Shown piece after piece: positions 60,966-64,000 of a DNA stretch of 64,000 bases. Source of the stretch: the human T2T-CHM13v2.0 reference genome, Homo sapiens; the NCBI RefSeq assembly GCF_009914755.1, contig NC_060929.1; one strand, given 5' to 3'. A program made the position numbers and the translations under genes. Within the stretch, counting starts at the first letter, position 1, and every line of letters starts with the position of its first letter. The notes under the pieces are model-generated. The model saw only the letters and a program-made list of their open reading frames with translations. It was not told the origin of the DNA and searched no databases.

Positions 60966-61407
60966 AAGTAGAAAGAGAAATAAAAGGGTCAGTTATAAAG
61001 TGGCCAAGAAGAGGGAGAACAGAAGTTATACCCAAGGAGGAGTAAGTTATTCTTGTTGAATCTTGCTGACAAGTCTTGCTGACAAGCCACTTTACTCATG
61101 AGAAATGCCATGCGAACATGCATGTCTGTGTGGGTGGTCTCTACTTTACAGACTCCTGGGTCTCTCTCCCAGCTGGTACGCTACATGCCACCACCAAACC
61201 TGGTTGTTAGAAATTGAAAAGGGTAGCAGCGGGAGGATTCCCACCACTGTGAAGCCACTGGAGAACAATGAAGGATTAGGATTGTTAGTGATGGAAGTCC
61301 CTAGGGTAAGGAATTTGGAGGCTTTTTCCACCTCATCAAAGCTCTTCTACTTTATGACCCTCTCTCTCCCATACCTTTTTCTTAACATTGAACTTTGATT
61401 CCTAGAA

Positions 61408-61713
<306 letters not shown>

Positions 61714-62299
61714 TAGCATTAAGACTATGTCTTCTGTTTCTTTTGTCCTATTTATTGACCGGCATGACCCTCAGATATTCTGAATAAATTGTGTTTGGAA
61801 TTTAGGTTTGTTTTTTTGGTTTCAGAAGTGGTTAATAAAAAAAAAAAAAGAACGGCAAGTTAAATAAACTTTTATTTTAAAATTTAAAATGGTGAGGGTT
61901 ATCACAATACAGTCAGAAGTAACTGACCAAAAATTTAAGTAACATTGATAGAGGACTGTTTCCTTCTATTTCTCAGATCTGCCTTCTTTTCTTGGTGGGA
62001 GTTTTAAAGCAATTGGGGGCCATATTGAAAACCCCCTCCTCCTTGTGGTGGCTCCTTAGAAAGTCCTGGCATTCGCTCTGATTAGACCAACGTGGATCAT
62101 GTGTCTATTTATGAGCCAGTCACTGTGAAAATTGTTCAGATTGACTTGGGCTTAGATGGCATACATTTATCTGAAGTTCTGATGGAGCATGGATTAAAGT
62201 CATGGAGAGATGCTTTACCAAGAAAATTAAGGGGTTGTAATCAGAATAAAGGGAAAATGATTGTTGTTATTAAATATGAAAGAATTCTGCTTACATCAT

Positions 62300-62700
62300 C
62301 TTAAAATAGGTTAATATGAACTCTGTAGAAGGTACTGTGCAAGGTACTGAGCATTCAGAGTTGAATTAGACATGGTCCTACTTTTGAGAGGTTTATAGTC
62401 TACTGAGAAGACAACTGTATAAGGCAATAAGTATACTAGTGTGTTATGTGTTTTGTAACAGCAGTGCAAGTGAAGTGGTAAATGAAAAGAGAGGACGTAA
62501 AAGTTACTAGTATTCACTCCATCTGGGGTATGGCAGGTCTTGGAGTTGGTGGAGATGTTTGAAAACACTCCACATAATGAGTTTTTTTGAACTGGATTTG
62601 ACAGATAAATGAGGGTAAAAGAGATGGGGATGGAGAGGGAAGCATTAAATCAGAAGAACAAAATATTTCTACCAGTTACAAATAGGAGATATAGCTTCTG
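62300..62700. mobile_element. L2 fragment
   Basis: GGTACTGTGCAAGGTACTG...AGACATGGTCCTAC...TTTATAGTCTA motifs. Confidence 0.5.
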
Positions 62701-63149
62701 TGAGGATGGCCTGCCACCACTAAACTGTTAAAATGATTAGACTTAAAACATTCATCTCTGGCTGTTTATGTGCCTGTCCAAACCAGAGCTTATGTTTGGT
62801 TTCATTTCTTTTTGAGAATTTTAATCACATACAATTATGGCATATACTATATTTATTGTGTGGAGGTGATCAAGAGTGGAGTCTGACAGACAAATGTATT
62901 TAAGTGATAAAGAATTAACTCATCTAATCCTTATAACAAAGCTGTCTTATGAACATATAAACAGTCATTAATTTCATGCCAATGCCCTTTGTGTTTCCAT
63001 GTTATTTCTACTTATTTTATGTGGGGATATCACTTTTTGTGGTTAAATACTCTAATTCACTGGAATGTTAAAATATTAAATTCAGAGTCCTATTGATGTT
63101 TTTATAATAATAGTTAATGGTAGTGCCTTTAATCCAAATAAGTTTGTAT

Positions 63150-63340
63150 TTTAACCTTGGATTCCAACACCAGCTGTGTGATCTTGTAAAATTACTCAGA
63201 CTCTCTGGGCCTCTATTCTATCATTAAAGTGATTATAATAGTATAATCCCTTAGGATTTTTATGGCGATTAAAGACATAATATATGCAAGTGCTTAGTAG
63301 AATCTTTGGGACAAAATAAATGTTTATTAAATGTGACTGC
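63150..63340. mobile_element. MIR SINE
   Basis: CAGCTGTGTGATCTTG...CTCTCTGGGCCTC...GATTAAA...AAGTGCTTAG core. Confidence 0.6.
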
Positions 63341-64000
63341 TAGAATGACAATAAAAGCAATTTGATGGTTTAATAACCAAATCACTGTTGAAATGGATTA
63401 CCATAGACCCATTTTGCTCAGAATGCTGATCTTCATTATTCTAATTAAAGATAATTCAATCATAGAGCCCCATTTTAAAAAAATGAATTTTTTCATAGAG
63501 CATTGATCACAGGATTGGGTGTGACAGTGTCCCAATCTTAGTTCTTTCACGGTTAGGTTTTGTTATGAACCCAAAGCTTCCTCTTAAGACTTCAGTTTTT
63601 GCATTCATAAAATGACATTAATGACCTCTACTGCCTTTTAAATAAAAAAATTATATATTTTTAATACCATAAGTAGCCCTTTACAATAGCCCTTCTTGCT
63701 CACTAGCCTGTGGTTTTATCAAAAACATTTTGTTTTGTATAGTATATTCAGGCATTACATCGGAATATGAAAGTGCTGATTCAGCAAATGTGTTAAAGTT
63801 TCATTTTATGGTGAAGCATTTTATGAGAGTATGTGCATTAAACATCAAGTACAGAAAGCGCATACCCATTTAAGTGTAAATATATGTATATGTGACATTT
63901 ATCCTCCTATAAATAAGCCTGTGGATATACAAAAAAAGCAAAATATGATAAATATTTATTTCCTAAGCCTAGCTCTAAAAGATTTCACTTCCAAGCACTG

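Noticed and set aside
61061-61086. 13-bp tandem duplication TCTTGCTGACAAG x2
   Set aside because: Common micro-duplication.

Overview
Primate (human-like) genomic DNA. The minus strand carries the 5' end of GABRB2 (GABA-A receptor beta-2 subunit): three coding exons (7412-7488, 7167-7258, 6074-6141) with canonical splice sites. They splice in frame to [80 protein letters not shown] CpG-island promoter with several candidate non-coding first exons lies at about 7.5-10.2 kb, and positions 1-6073 are intronic. The remaining ~54 kb is upstream, AT-rich, repeat-dense DNA with no credible protein-coding gene: L1, Alu/FAM, L2, MIR, MaLR LTRs, MER5/MER58 and microsatellites, plus a Tigger1 in the intron. 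I see no new multi-gene system. The most unusual items are small retrotransposition or repair relics. These are a tail-less 248-bp retrocopy resembling a KRAB-ZNF 5' leader inside an L1, a TSD-less L1 ending in a perfect 34-bp fold-back, a 29-bp micro-Alu with TSDs, a 178-bp non-adjacent duplication and an AATAAA minisatellite. Repeat subfamily names come from remembered consensus motifs, and boundaries of old repeats are approximate.
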